From: Candidatus Saccharimonadota bacterium
GTDB taxonomy: Bacteria; Patescibacteriota; Saccharimonadia; Saccharimonadales; JACDFO01
Reading direction: 5' to 3'
Assembly: GCA_013815785.1 (NCBI GenBank)
Contig: JACDFO010000001.1
Location: 2,973-50,120 of the forward strand
Length of the DNA: 47,148 nt
Made by a program: the position numbers and the translations under genes. The notes under the pieces are model-generated. The model worked only from the letters and a program-made list of their open reading frames with translations, did not search any database and was not told where the DNA came from. This document shows positions 24,677 to 33,764 of the stretch, piece by piece. The stretch's first letter is position 1; every line of letters starts with the position of its first letter.

Positions 24677-26763
24677 TTGCGCCACCGTTTGTTCCGTATT
24701 ACATCCTTCGCAAAGCCAAACACAATACCAATAAGTTGCCACAGACCCATATCTTCATCTGTATCATCATGCTTCTCAGGCCGAGAAACTGCCAAATCTT
24801 TACGTGCTCTAGTCTCTTCAAGTTGCTGAACTTCGGCGGCAGTAATGGTATATTCGGGGTGCTCGTTGAAGCCACGAACAACAAAGACAACAATTATGCC
24901 AATTATCGAGACAGCAACCAGCCAAATAATCTCCCAAACAAAGCCAAAACCGACCAGAAAGGCAAAGATGGAAATATATATACCGGCAGCCGTATTCTTA
25001 GGCATATGAATATCCTCATAAGCGGGTTTAGGCAATTTATGGTGCTTCTTTTCCCAAAATGCATCGCGAGTTGTAATGTGTGGGATAACGGTGAAATTAT
25101 AAAACTGTGGTGGCGATGCGGTAGCCCATTCTAGGGTTCGTCCATTCCAGGGATCGCCAGTCGTATCACGCAAGCGATTCTTTTGAATAAAGCTTGCCAA
25201 GATTTGGGCAAGTTGCAGAGCCACACCGATGGCGATAATAATGCCGCCGATTAGCATGAGCACGAAAAATGGCTGCCACCCAGTCGAAGCATCGTAGTGG
25301 TCGAGCCTTCTAGTAGCTCCCAACATCCCCAGAATGTACATAGGAATGAAGGACATACAAAAGCCAATCATCCAGCACCAAAACGCGTACCGACCAATTC
25401 GCTCATTGAGCTTAAGACCTGTGAACTTTGGAAACCAGTACGTAATTGCGCAAAAGATGCCAAAAAGCACGCCGCCAATAACCATGGAATGGAAATGTGC
25501 CACAAGGAATAGACTATTGTGTAGCTGAAAGTCGACAGGTGGCACCGCCAACATAACACCGGCGATACCCCCGATCGCAAATATAACTACAAAACCCAGG
25601 AACCACAGCATCGGTGTATCAAACCGTATTCGCCCCTTGTACATCGTGGCAATCCAGGTAAACACCAGTACTGATGTTGGTATCGCAATTATCATGGTCA
25701 TAACCCCAAAAAACGCATTTACGTTCGCACCCGCACCCATTGTAAAGAAGTGGTGCAACCACACAGATAGAGCCAGCACCGAGACACCAATCATTCCTAG
25801 CACATTCGAGGTGTAGCTGGCTATGGCTTTTCGGCTGAAAGTTGAAACTACTTCAGAAAACACACCGAAGGCTGGCAACATCAGGATATACACTTCCGGG
25901 TGCCCCCACATCCAGATGAGATTGGTATACATCATTGGGTCACCGCCACCTAGGGTTGTAAAGAAGTGTGTGCCCAAATACCGATCAAAAAACACGAGGA
26001 AAAGTGTTGCGGTAAGCAAGGGGAACACTGTTACTGCCATAATCATGCTACATAGTGATCCCCAAGTAAACATCGGCATTTTCCACAGAGTCATGCCGGG
26101 TGCGCGCATCTTTAGAATCGTCATAATAAAATTAATAGCGCCAAGCGTTGTCCCAATGCCAGAAATCTGCAGGCTCCATATCCAGTAATCCACACCCACT
26201 CCAGGACTAAACTCTTTTCCAGACAATGGGGCAACCGCTAGCCAACCGGTCGCGGCATATTCGCCGCCGAAAAGAAAGAACATGTTCACCATCACTACCC
26301 CCGCAACAAACAACCAAAAACCCAAGGTGTTTAAAAAGGGCGAAGCGAGGTCACGGGCGCCAATCTGGAGTGGCACGATGTAGTTTATAAGCCCAAAAAT
26401 AAAGCCCATGGCCACGAAGAAAACCATGATATTGCCATGAGCAGTAAAAATCTGTTGATAGTGATCGGCGGACAGGTAGCCCTGGGAAGAACCAGAAGAG
26501 AGAGCTTGTTGGAGCCAGAGCATAATAGCATCTAGGCCTCCACGTATCAGCATAAATCCTGAGACGAAAAAATACATGATGCCAATCTTCTTTGGATCAA
26601 CAGACGTCAACCAGTCATTCCAGAGCCACTTCCAGCGTTTTAGACGGGTGATTATAAGTGCTGTGATTATGACTAATAGGATAAATGATATTGATCCAGC
26701 AATCGTAAACCATTCATGTGGGAGAGCGTTCCCATCTAATTTCCCAAGCAGCAGTTCCTTCAT
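24670..26763 (-). CDS. cyoB: Cytochrome o ubiquinol oxidase subunit I (haem-copper oxidase)
   Basis: WGHPEVYILMLPAFG (CuB His and Tyr), LHHFFTMG (CuB His pair) and VAHFHSMVIGG (haem ligands). 697 aa. Confidence 0.95.
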   Translation of the reverse strand: MKELLLGKLDGNALPHEWFTIAGSISFILLVIITALIITRLKRWKWLWNDWLTSVDPKKIGIMYFFVSGFMLIRGGLDAIMLWLQQALSSGSSQGYLSADHYQQIFTAHGNIMVFFVAMGFIFGLINYIVPLQIGARDLASPFLNTLGFWLFVAGVVMVNMFFLFGGEYAATGWLAVAPLSGKEFSPGVGVDYWIWSLQISGIGTTLGAINFIMTILKMRAPGMTLWKMPMFTWGSLCSMIMAVTVFPLLTATLFLVFFDRYLGTHFFTTLGGGDPMMYTNLIWMWGHPEVYILMLPAFGVFSEVVSTFSRKAIASYTSNVLGMIGVSVLALSVWLHHFFTMGAGANVNAFFGVMTMIIAIPTSVLVFTWIATMYKGRIRFDTPMLWFLGFVVIFAIGGIAGVMLAVPPVDFQLHNSLFLVAHFHSMVIGGVLFGIFCAITYWFPKFTGLKLNERIGRYAFWCWMIGFCMSFIPMYILGMLGATRRLDHYDASTGWQPFFVLMLIGGIIIAIGVALQLAQILASFIQKNRLRDTTGDPWNGRTLEWATASPPQFYNFTVIPHITTRDAFWEKKHHKLPKPAYEDIHMPKNTAAGIYISIFAFLVGFGFVWEIIWLVAVSIIGIIVVFVVRGFNEHPEYTITAAEVQQLEETRARKDLAVSRPEKHDDTDEDMGLWQLIGIVFGFAKDVIRNKRWRKW

Positions 26764-27683
26764 TAGTGTTTTGCCTCATATATTGCCGGACGCTGTGTAT
26801 GTGATCCTGCGTATTTCGTGAGTACTCTATCGTATAAGCCTTTTGTGTAAGCCGAGTAGACTGCCACCGAATTGTTTTCGCTAGGCTCGAGTACACCGTC
26901 GTATGTGGCGGTATCAAGCACTTCGGGTGACTGTTTTACTTCCTGTACCCAGCGGTAAAAATCATCCATATTACTGGCACGGGCAGTAAATTTCATTCCG
27001 GAAAAGCCAGCACCATTTATCTCGGCCGAGCTGCCCGGGTAATCTCCAGGTGTATCAGCAATTAAGTTAAGCCGATTGACATGTCCGGTCATCGAATACA
27101 GTTGGCCGCCAAGATTCGGAATCCAGAATGAACTCATCGGTGCTTCATCGGCTGTTAAATCAAATTGCACCGGTGTGTCTAGGGGAACTTGGACAAAATT
27201 AACGGTCGCAATATTATAGTCGGGATATATAAATAACCACTTCCAACGCATTGATACAACTTGGATTCTGATTGGTTTGGCATCAGCAGCGATTGTTTTT
27301 TGGGGGACAAGCCTATGGGTAGCGGACCACATGATAACAGCGAGCACAAGCATAAAAGCAGTCGGTATTGACCACATGCTTAAGTCAAGAAGTTTGCTAT
27401 GACGGGTACCAGAATGATGGATTGTTTTCTGGTTTGATTCGCGATATTTCCAAGCTATAAAAAAAACTAGAAAAAGTGTAGGCAAGGCAATCACTAGTAA
27501 TACTATTATTGTAAGTAACATGAGATCAAGTTGCGCTTGAGCAATCAGGCCTTTTGGGTTAAAGAGTGCCACGTTTTTGCCACGCAAAAGAAATGCTAAA
27601 AGCAACCCGAAGCTAGCTAGTCCTAGTAGGATAAGCAGTAAAAGCCCACCTGGACTATGCTTTTTTTTGTTTATTTTTGACAT
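26763..27683 (-). CDS. cyoA: Cytochrome o ubiquinol oxidase subunit II (no CuA site)
   Basis: Two N-terminal TM segments plus a cupredoxin domain. The CuA ligand positions read SAEINGAGFSGMKF (no Cys/His), as in quinol oxidases. TAATG overlap with cyoB. Confidence 0.9.
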   Translation of the reverse strand: MSKINKKKHSPGGLLLLILLGLASFGLLLAFLLRGKNVALFNPKGLIAQAQLDLMLLTIIVLLVIALPTLFLVFFIAWKYRESNQKTIHHSGTRHSKLLDLSMWSIPTAFMLVLAVIMWSATHRLVPQKTIAADAKPIRIQVVSMRWKWLFIYPDYNIATVNFVQVPLDTPVQFDLTADEAPMSSFWIPNLGGQLYSMTGHVNRLNLIADTPGDYPGSSAEINGAGFSGMKFTARASNMDDFYRWVQEVKQSPEVLDTATYDGVLEPSENNSVAVYSAYTKGLYDRVLTKYAGSHTQRPAIYEAKH

Positions 27684-27710
27684 TAGCCTGACACCATCAG
27701 GATATAACCA

Positions 27711-27725
27711 TTATCATAATGATAA
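27711..27725. promoter_or_regulatory. Fur-box-like 7-1-7 palindrome upstream of cyoA
   Basis: TTATCAT-A-ATGATAA is a perfect palindrome. In context, cATTAT cATAAT gATAAc gives three NAT(A/T)AT hexamers. Lies 28-42 nt upstream of the cyoA start. Confidence 0.5.
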
Positions 27726-27865
27726 CTATAACATGTTCCTCTTTAGTCAAGAACCCTTTCCATGACAGTTATTATGGTACAATTCAAAGGTATAAATATG
27801 GATATAAAAACACTGGTTTGCATTTGGTTTGGGTTCGCCATGGAACAAGTAGGAATATATAGATA

Positions 27866-28738
27866 GTGTCAAAAGAGAGTGTTTTTAAACGATATTACTC
27901 ACTTACCAAACCTGGAGTGCTCTACGGTAATGCATTAACTGCTGCATCCGGTTTCTTGCTCGCTAGCAGGGGTGATATAAACCTTTGGTTATTTGTTAGT
28001 GCTCTTATGGGTACTACGCTAGTTATTGCTTCAGCGTGTGTCATTAATAATTACCTCGACCAAGATATCGATAAGTTGATGGCTCGGACAAAAAAAAGAG
28101 CCTTGGTTGAAGGGTCGGTCAAGGGGAGTAATGCAGTAATATTTGGTACGTCGCTTGGTGTCATAGGTATTCTCATTCTGTACATATACACGAACCTATT
28201 AGTAGTTGGTATTGGCATCATTGGTTTTGTGGATTACGTAGTTTTATATGGCATGTTGTCAAAGCGCTTGTCTTATCATGGAACATTGGTGGGCAGTGTA
28301 TCTGGCGCCGCACCGATTTTGGCTGGTTATGTAGCTGCTGCGGGTGCACTCGATGCAGGTGCTGTAATAGTCTTTGCTGTTCTTTTTCTATGGCAGATGC
28401 CCGAGTTTTACTCGATTGCAGTCTATCGAAGAAATGAATACAGGGCCGCTAATATTCCCGTTATAACTGTTGTAAAAGGAATTGAGCATACCAAAAAACA
28501 AATCATAGCCTATACGATTGCTTTTGTTGCAGCCACGCTGGCATTACCTGCCTTCGGATATGCAGGATATAGCTATTGGGTTGTTATGACATTGCTAGGA
28601 GCGTATTGGCTTAATCATGGTATCAAGGGGCTTAAAGCAACTGATAACAATGCATGGGCTCGCAAGATGTTTAAAATTTCACTCATAATTTTGTTAGTGT
28701 TCTCAGTGATGATTTCAATTGATGCTTGGATACCATAA
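27866..28738 (+). CDS. cyoE: Haem O synthase (protohaem IX farnesyltransferase), GTG start
   Basis: UbiA-family motif NNYLDQDIDKLMARTKKRAL, polytopic membrane protein. Divergent from cyoABCD. Confidence 0.9.
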   Translation: MSKESVFKRYYSLTKPGVLYGNALTAASGFLLASRGDINLWLFVSALMGTTLVIASACVINNYLDQDIDKLMARTKKRALVEGSVKGSNAVIFGTSLGVIGILILYIYTNLLVVGIGIIGFVDYVVLYGMLSKRLSYHGTLVGSVSGAAPILAGYVAAAGALDAGAVIVFAVLFLWQMPEFYSIAVYRRNEYRAANIPVITVVKGIEHTKKQIIAYTIAFVAATLALPAFGYAGYSYWVVMTLLGAYWLNHGIKGLKATDNNAWARKMFKISLIILLVFSVMISIDAWIP

Positions 28739-28755
28739 GAGGTATAATCACATTT

Positions 28756-29019
28756 ATGACATTGCTTATTCACATATCGGTTGCGCTAGTAAGTTTGTTA
28801 ATAAGTACGCTAGTTTATATCTCTCCTTCTAGAACAAAACTTCATATTTCGTCTGGTCTGATTTTTATGACTTTAGCGAGCGGCACATATTTGGTAGTGA
28901 GTACACACTCACCTCTGCTAAGAGCCTGTACCATGGGTCTGATGTATACCGGCGTCAGCTTATTTGCGGTCATATCAGCACGAAATAAACTTGCCAGTAT
29001 CCAGATCTCACATAACTAA
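28756..29019 (+). CDS. Hypothetical small membrane protein (about 87 aa, 3 TM segments)
   Basis: Hydrophobic ORF immediately after cyoE. ATG at 28756 avoids overlap; the track start is 28726. Confidence 0.5.
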   Translation: MTLLIHISVALVSLLISTLVYISPSRTKLHISSGLIFMTLASGTYLVVSTHSPLLRACTMGLMYTGVSLFAVISARNKLASIQISHN

Positions 29020-29101
29020 TATAGGTACAATCATAAGCCAAAGACTTTATGCTTGCAGTCTTTGAAAAGCATGTTATTATAGAATAACTTTAACAACGTA
29101 A

Positions 29102-29267
29102 CAATATAAAGAGTGCAGCGAGAGACCTAGCTTGTCGACCTGCCAGCAACCTGTTTATTTAGAATAAGGTGCTCCATCTAGCCCGCCTGGCGGGAAAGAT
29201 ACGATTGCGTATGACATCCGCGCATTTTACATCCTTTCCGCCGCTCGCAGGCAGAAAGGATATTTTT
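29102..29267 (+). promoter_or_regulatory. SAM-I (S-box)-like riboswitch with a terminator / SD-sequestering hairpin
   Basis: The S-box landmarks appear in order: AAGAG, GCAG..GAGAGA..CTGC (P2), GCAACC, GGTGCT, CCCGC-CTG-GCGGG (P4), AAAGAT. Next, ATCCTTTC (29231-38) pairs with GAAAGGAT (29254-61), followed by a T-run. That hairpin contains the RBS. Confidence 0.6.
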
Positions 29268-30299
29268 ATGTCAATAAAAAAACGTGGACTAATCGAAAGG
29301 TTGAGTGAGGGCACGGTTTTATGTGCTGAGGGTTATATTTTTGAACTGGAAAGACGCGGCTACCTCAAGGCAGGTGCTTTTGTACCAGAAGTTGTGCTTG
29401 AGCATCCAGAAGTCGTCGAACAGCTTCATAAAGAATTCTTACGAGCTGGCAGCGATGTTTTAGTTGCATTGACTTACTATGCACACCGGCAAAAGTTGAA
29501 AGTAATTGGGCGTGAGAATGACTTAGAGTTATTGAACCGCCAGGCTATACGAATCGCTAAGCGAGTAGCCGGTAAGCATGATGTGTTAATTGCGGGAAAC
29601 ATTTGCAACACCTGGGTATATGAGCCAAATAATGCGGCAGCCGCAGAGGAGGTACGACGCCAGTACACTGAGCAACTGGCTTGGGCAAAAGAAGAAGGAA
29701 TAGACTTTGTATTGGCTGAAACTATTGAATATGTTGGCGAGGCAATAATAGCGCTTGAGGTCATAAAAAGCTTTGGGTTTGAGGCGGTTATTAACTTTAC
29801 CCCAATTTACGAACAGAGCAAAGATGGATACGACTGGATAGAGGCATGCAAAATCTTAACGACTAATGGTGCAGATGTCGTTGGCTTTAACTGTGCACGT
29901 GGCCCGGAAACGATACTCGGTTTAGGTAAAAAGCTAAGAAGTAGAATCGAAGGAGAGGTTGCCCTAGTGCCAGTTCCATATCGTACGACTGATGAGAAGC
30001 CTGCTTTTGAGTTCCTTGAACGATTAGATGGCAGCAGCGCCTATACCCTTGGTTTGGATCAGCACTTTATAGACCGTGATGAAGCAGCACAGTTTGCTGT
30101 TCAAGCAAAAAATTTGGGCGTCAATTTTATAGGATTATGTTGTGGTGCCGGGCCTCATCATATTCGGGCGATGGCAGAAGCATTAGGAAAAAATGCGGCC
30201 GCAAGTCAGTATTCTCCAGATATGAGTCAGCATGGTTTATTGGGAATCAAGTCAGTCGCCTCAAAGAACGAAAAGATAATTTTAAGCCAACGACAGTAA
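29268..30299 (+). CDS. Homocysteine S-methyltransferase family protein (betaine-homocysteine methyltransferase-like)
   Basis: N-terminus GLIERLSEGTVLCAEGYIFELERRGYLKAGAFVPEVVLEHPEVVEQLHKEFLRAGSDV resembles BHMT. Zn-ligand Cys residues in GFNCARGP and GLCCGAGPHH. ATG at 29268 follows the GAAAGGA RBS. Confidence 0.8.
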   Translation: MSIKKRGLIERLSEGTVLCAEGYIFELERRGYLKAGAFVPEVVLEHPEVVEQLHKEFLRAGSDVLVALTYYAHRQKLKVIGRENDLELLNRQAIRIAKRVAGKHDVLIAGNICNTWVYEPNNAAAAEEVRRQYTEQLAWAKEEGIDFVLAETIEYVGEAIIALEVIKSFGFEAVINFTPIYEQSKDGYDWIEACKILTTNGADVVGFNCARGPETILGLGKKLRSRIEGEVALVPVPYRTTDEKPAFEFLERLDGSSAYTLGLDQHFIDRDEAAQFAVQAKNLGVNFIGLCCGAGPHHIRAMAEALGKNAAASQYSPDMSQHGLLGIKSVASKNEKIILSQRQ

Positions 30300-30322
30300 G
30301 TAACACTATTAGGAGAATTAAT

Positions 30323-31444
30323 ATGTCAAAATCAGTAACGTTTTTTACAAGTGAATCCGTTTGTGCAGGTCATCCGGATAAAATGTGCGATGCAATCAGC
30401 GATGCAATTTTAGATGCTGCGCTTACTCAGGATCCGCAATCAAGAACTGGCATAGAAGCAGTAGCCGGAGCCAATCAGATAAGTTTATTTGGCGAAATAA
30501 AAACCACAGCAACACTCGACTTTGAGAAAATAGTGCGAACTAAAATTCGTGAACTGGGCTATACAAACCCCGAGTGGGGCTTTTCTGACAAATCCCCAAT
30601 CAGTAATTACATCCACCAGCAATCACCAGAAATAGCAGCTGGTGTTGATCATGATGGAGCAGGTGACCAAGGTATGATGTTTGGCTATGCATGCGATGAA
30701 ACACCAAAACTCCTACCGCTACCTATAGTATTGGCACACTCACTCACCAAGCAAATTGATGAAGTACGCGAAAACAAACAACTCATGTGGTTGCGACCAG
30801 ACGGAAAAGCACAAGTAACCATAGCCTATGAAAATAGCAAGCCAGTACGAGTAGCAAAGGTTGTGATAGCAGTTGCACATGATGAAAACGTGTCAGCAAA
30901 AACAGTCAGAACAGATACGATCAAGCATATTATTACTCCGATACTTCATAAATACGGTTTGAAAGCTCCTGCACAGGTAGACATAGTTATTAACGGGACC
31001 GGGCTCTGGCATATACCAGGTCCAGAATCGGACGCCGGTTTAACCGGACGCAAAATTGTTGTCGACGGTTATGGGGGATATGCTCGAGTTGGCGGCGGAG
31101 CATTCAGTGGCAAAGATCCTAGCAAAGTCGACCGTTCGGGAGCATACGCAGCTCGCTATGTTGCAAAAAATATCGTAGCAAAGGGATTGGCTGCGAAATG
31201 TGAGGTAGCGTTGGCGTATGTAATTGGACAGTCCAATCCGCTGATGCAAACAATTGAAACTTTTGGGACGGCGACGACTTCCCAGGAAGATATAGAAGCA
31301 TTTGCCCATAAAATTCTGGATACGTCAGTCAGGGGAATCATCGAGAAATTAGACTTACGTCGACCAATTTATTCGCAAACCAGTGCGTATGGCCATTTTG
31401 GTAAACCGGGTTTGCCCTGGGAGCAGATTATTTCAAATTCTTAA
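30323..31444 (+). CDS. metK: S-adenosylmethionine synthetase
   Basis: GHPDKMCDAISDAILDA, GAGDQGMMFGYA and GGGAFSGKDPSKVDRS. AGGAGA RBS. The upstream extension in the track ORF is rejected. Confidence 0.95.
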   Translation: MSKSVTFFTSESVCAGHPDKMCDAISDAILDAALTQDPQSRTGIEAVAGANQISLFGEIKTTATLDFEKIVRTKIRELGYTNPEWGFSDKSPISNYIHQQSPEIAAGVDHDGAGDQGMMFGYACDETPKLLPLPIVLAHSLTKQIDEVRENKQLMWLRPDGKAQVTIAYENSKPVRVAKVVIAVAHDENVSAKTVRTDTIKHIITPILHKYGLKAPAQVDIVINGTGLWHIPGPESDAGLTGRKIVVDGYGGYARVGGGAFSGKDPSKVDRSGAYAARYVAKNIVAKGLAAKCEVALAYVIGQSNPLMQTIETFGTATTSQEDIEAFAHKILDTSVRGIIEKLDLRRPIYSQTSAYGHFGKPGLPWEQIISNS

Positions 31445-31805
31445 ATCGTTTGGTGATTCGCTCAATTTCTACATGGTATTTATCTATCAGGATACCGGTT
31501 GCAATATAAGTCAGTACTAATAGCGCAATCATTAGTTTTAACGCGGCATCGCCTGTAATATCCAAAAAACTATACAAGCCGAAGAGAGGTAAGATGAATA
31601 TAAAAAAGGCAACAAATGAAATACTATAGGCTTTTGCACGTGTATTGATGTTGACAGGCGCTTCCTTATAAGGAGTTTTTTCGATGTATGCCTTAAGCCG
31701 TTGTACTTTTTCCCGAATATATTTTATTTCGAACAGATTGTGAAGGAGTTCATTTGTGACGAGAGCGAGTAGTAGGTTTAGTAAGCTTTGATTCGTAGGA
31801 CCCTC
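31428..31805 (-). other. 125-codon open frame with two TM segments but no ATG/GTG start in its first 89 codons and only one mid-frame TTG (possible non-canonical start or pseudogene)
   Basis: Frame open from 31805 to the stop at 31428-31430. Reads ...KVQRLKAYIEKTPYKEAPVNINTRAKAYSISFVAFFIFILPLFGLYSFLDITGDAALKLMIALLVLTYIATGILIDKYHVEIERITKRFKNLK. The only ATG is 36 codons from the end. Confidence 0.3.
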
Positions 31806-31833
31806 TTAAATTAAGTATGAAGTAAATATATCA

Positions 31834-33006
31834 TTAAAACAGATTAAGTCCTTTTATGTCATCTGGCAAAAAGCCTTGTGGGTGTTCAAAGCCCGCTTCC
31901 CATTTTGTTCCTTTTTGATAGCCTAAATCTTTCATGAGCTTGGTAGAGGCATTGCGCAGGTGGAGCGGTATTGGCAAGTCAGGATATTCGCCCGCTGCAT
32001 GTAATGCTTTGGACATTGCGTCTGCTACCACACGGGATTTTTCGCATTTGGCAAGTACCGTGGCGCAATGAAACAGATTGTACTGACATTCTGGCATTCC
32101 GATACGTTCTACTGCCTGAAATGTGCTAACAGCCAGGTTTAGTGCAGCTGGTGCCGCTATACCCACATCTTCAGATGCAAAAATAACCATGCGGCGCGCA
32201 ACAAATTTGGAATCTTCACCTGCTTGCAACATGCGTGCTAAGTAATACAAGGCGGCATTAGCGTCATTGCCACGCATAGATTTAATAAAAGCGCTAATAA
32301 TGTTGTAGTGGCTCTCGCCATTTTTATCATAACCAGGCACACGTTTTTGGGCCGCAGTCTTGATAATTTCGGGAGTAATCGTACTGTCACTCAGCTGCAT
32401 GGCAAGTTCTAAGTTGCCGAGGGCTACCCGGGCATCTCCACCAGACACCTCAGCTAATAAATCGACACTAGGTTTAGGTAACCTATTTGCACCCAATTTG
32501 AGCTGTTTGGCCGCCCTCTTGACAATGGTGGTAATAGCGAGCTTGTCAAGGGGTTCTAGTACAAGCACGCGGCTTCGGCTCAACAAAGGGTTAATAACTT
32601 CAAAACTTGGATTTTCGGTCGTAGCTCCGATGAGTACGATAGTGCCGTCTTCCACATGAGGCAAAAAGGCATCTTGTTGGGCTTTATTGAAGCGGTGAAT
32701 CTCATCAACAAATAATATTGTAGTCATGCCCAAACGTCGGTTCTGTGCCGCTAGTTGGATTACTTTGACGACATCGGCTTTGCCGGACGTGACGGCACTA
32801 AGTTCTACAAATTCGGCTTCAGTTTCATGGGCAATAATGCGGGCCAAAGTCGTCTTACCGCTACCTGGTGGACCCCATAGTATTAAACTAGGGGGCTGTT
32901 TTTTATCGATTATCTGCCGAATTATTTTCCCGCTCGTAATCAGATGTTCTTGCCCGACAACATCTTTGAGTTTGTCTGGCCGTAACCGTTCAGCGAGTGG
33001 TGGCAT
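31834..33006 (-). CDS. rarA: Replication-associated recombination protein A (AAA+ ATPase RarA/MgsA)
   Basis: Walker A GPPGSGKTT, Walker B LFVDEIHRFNK, and C-terminal MgsA-type region (YDKNGESHYNIISAFIKSMRGNDANAALYYLARML). Confidence 0.9.
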   Translation of the reverse strand: MPPLAERLRPDKLKDVVGQEHLITSGKIIRQIIDKKQPPSLILWGPPGSGKTTLARIIAHETEAEFVELSAVTSGKADVVKVIQLAAQNRRLGMTTILFVDEIHRFNKAQQDAFLPHVEDGTIVLIGATTENPSFEVINPLLSRSRVLVLEPLDKLAITTIVKRAAKQLKLGANRLPKPSVDLLAEVSGGDARVALGNLELAMQLSDSTITPEIIKTAAQKRVPGYDKNGESHYNIISAFIKSMRGNDANAALYYLARMLQAGEDSKFVARRMVIFASEDVGIAAPAALNLAVSTFQAVERIGMPECQYNLFHCATVLAKCEKSRVVADAMSKALHAAGEYPDLPIPLHLRNASTKLMKDLGYQKGTKWEAGFEHPQGFLPDDIKGLNLF

Positions 33007-33008
33007 GC

Positions 33009-33758
33009 TTAGCGTTTCTCAAGCCTCTGCTCGATTCGAGAAATAGGGTCGTACCAGCCTTTCTCGAGAACATATGACTGAATTTTTTTATCTAATCCAA
33101 ACAAGACCATAAGTCCTACGACAATGAACAAAATACCAATCGTTTTTCGAAACCACCCTTGTGGATTGCTAAGCCAGTGCAATTTTGTAACAACTGATTG
33201 ACCAGCGTACGCGATTAATAGCAATGTACCTGCCAAGCCTAGGGCATAGATTACTAGATATAACAAACCCGCGAGAAAAGATGCAGGCAGTACACTTGCA
33301 ACTATAAGTGCGTATGTCGGGCTGCAACTACTGAACACAGGCCCTAGCGATAGGCCTATTAACATATCGCCCCTAATGTCTTTACGGCTATAGGATTCGC
33401 CAAGCAGCTTGTTGGAGCCCAAATTCAACCGATTTACTCCTGGCAATTTTTCCCAGACATCGGGCTTCAAAAAATTAATCCCGAATAAAATAACGATGAC
33501 CGCCGAAATAACTTGCCAGGTCATCTGCGGAACTCCGAGCAGACTAGTGGAGAATTTAAGGAGCAACCCGAAAATGATAACTGACAGCGCTAAGCTACCT
33601 GTAATAATTAATGGTCGGTACCATTGTTTCTGCTGGTCTGCTTCAGTATCTCCACCCCGTGCAATTGTGCCACCAACAATGACAGGCAAGAGCGGCAAAA
33701 TACAGGGTGCGGCGACGGTAAGAACACCTGCGATAAACGACAATATTAAGAGCGACAT
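33009..33758 (-). CDS. ccdA: Cytochrome c biogenesis protein CcdA / DsbD-family thiol-disulfide transporter
   Basis: Polytopic membrane protein with Cys in TM1 (VAAPCILPLLP) and a second Cys in SSCSPTYAL. Confidence 0.75.
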   Translation of the reverse strand: MSLLILSFIAGVLTVAAPCILPLLPVIVGGTIARGGDTEADQQKQWYRPLIITGSLALSVIIFGLLLKFSTSLLGVPQMTWQVISAVIVILFGINFLKPDVWEKLPGVNRLNLGSNKLLGESYSRKDIRGDMLIGLSLGPVFSSCSPTYALIVASVLPASFLAGLLYLVIYALGLAGTLLLIAYAGQSVVTKLHWLSNPQGWFRKTIGILFIVVGLMVLFGLDKKIQSYVLEKGWYDPISRIEQRLEKR

Positions 33759-33764
33759 CTTTTA

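Noticed and set aside
24069-26188. Several plus-strand ORFs of 60-175 aa antisense to cyoC and cyoB
   Set aside because: They lie entirely inside well-supported oxidase genes on the other strand and have low-complexity composition. They are antisense artefacts. The same applies to the antisense ORFs inside typA, pheT, rarA, ndh, metK and the FAD oxidase.
29169-29267. N-terminal extension of the BHMT-like ORF (track start 29169), and likewise 30137-30322 for metK
   Set aside because: The BHMT extension covers the riboswitch and terminator hairpin, and the metK extension overlaps the BHMT 3' end. In both cases, internal ATGs with good RBSs give N-termini that match the protein families.
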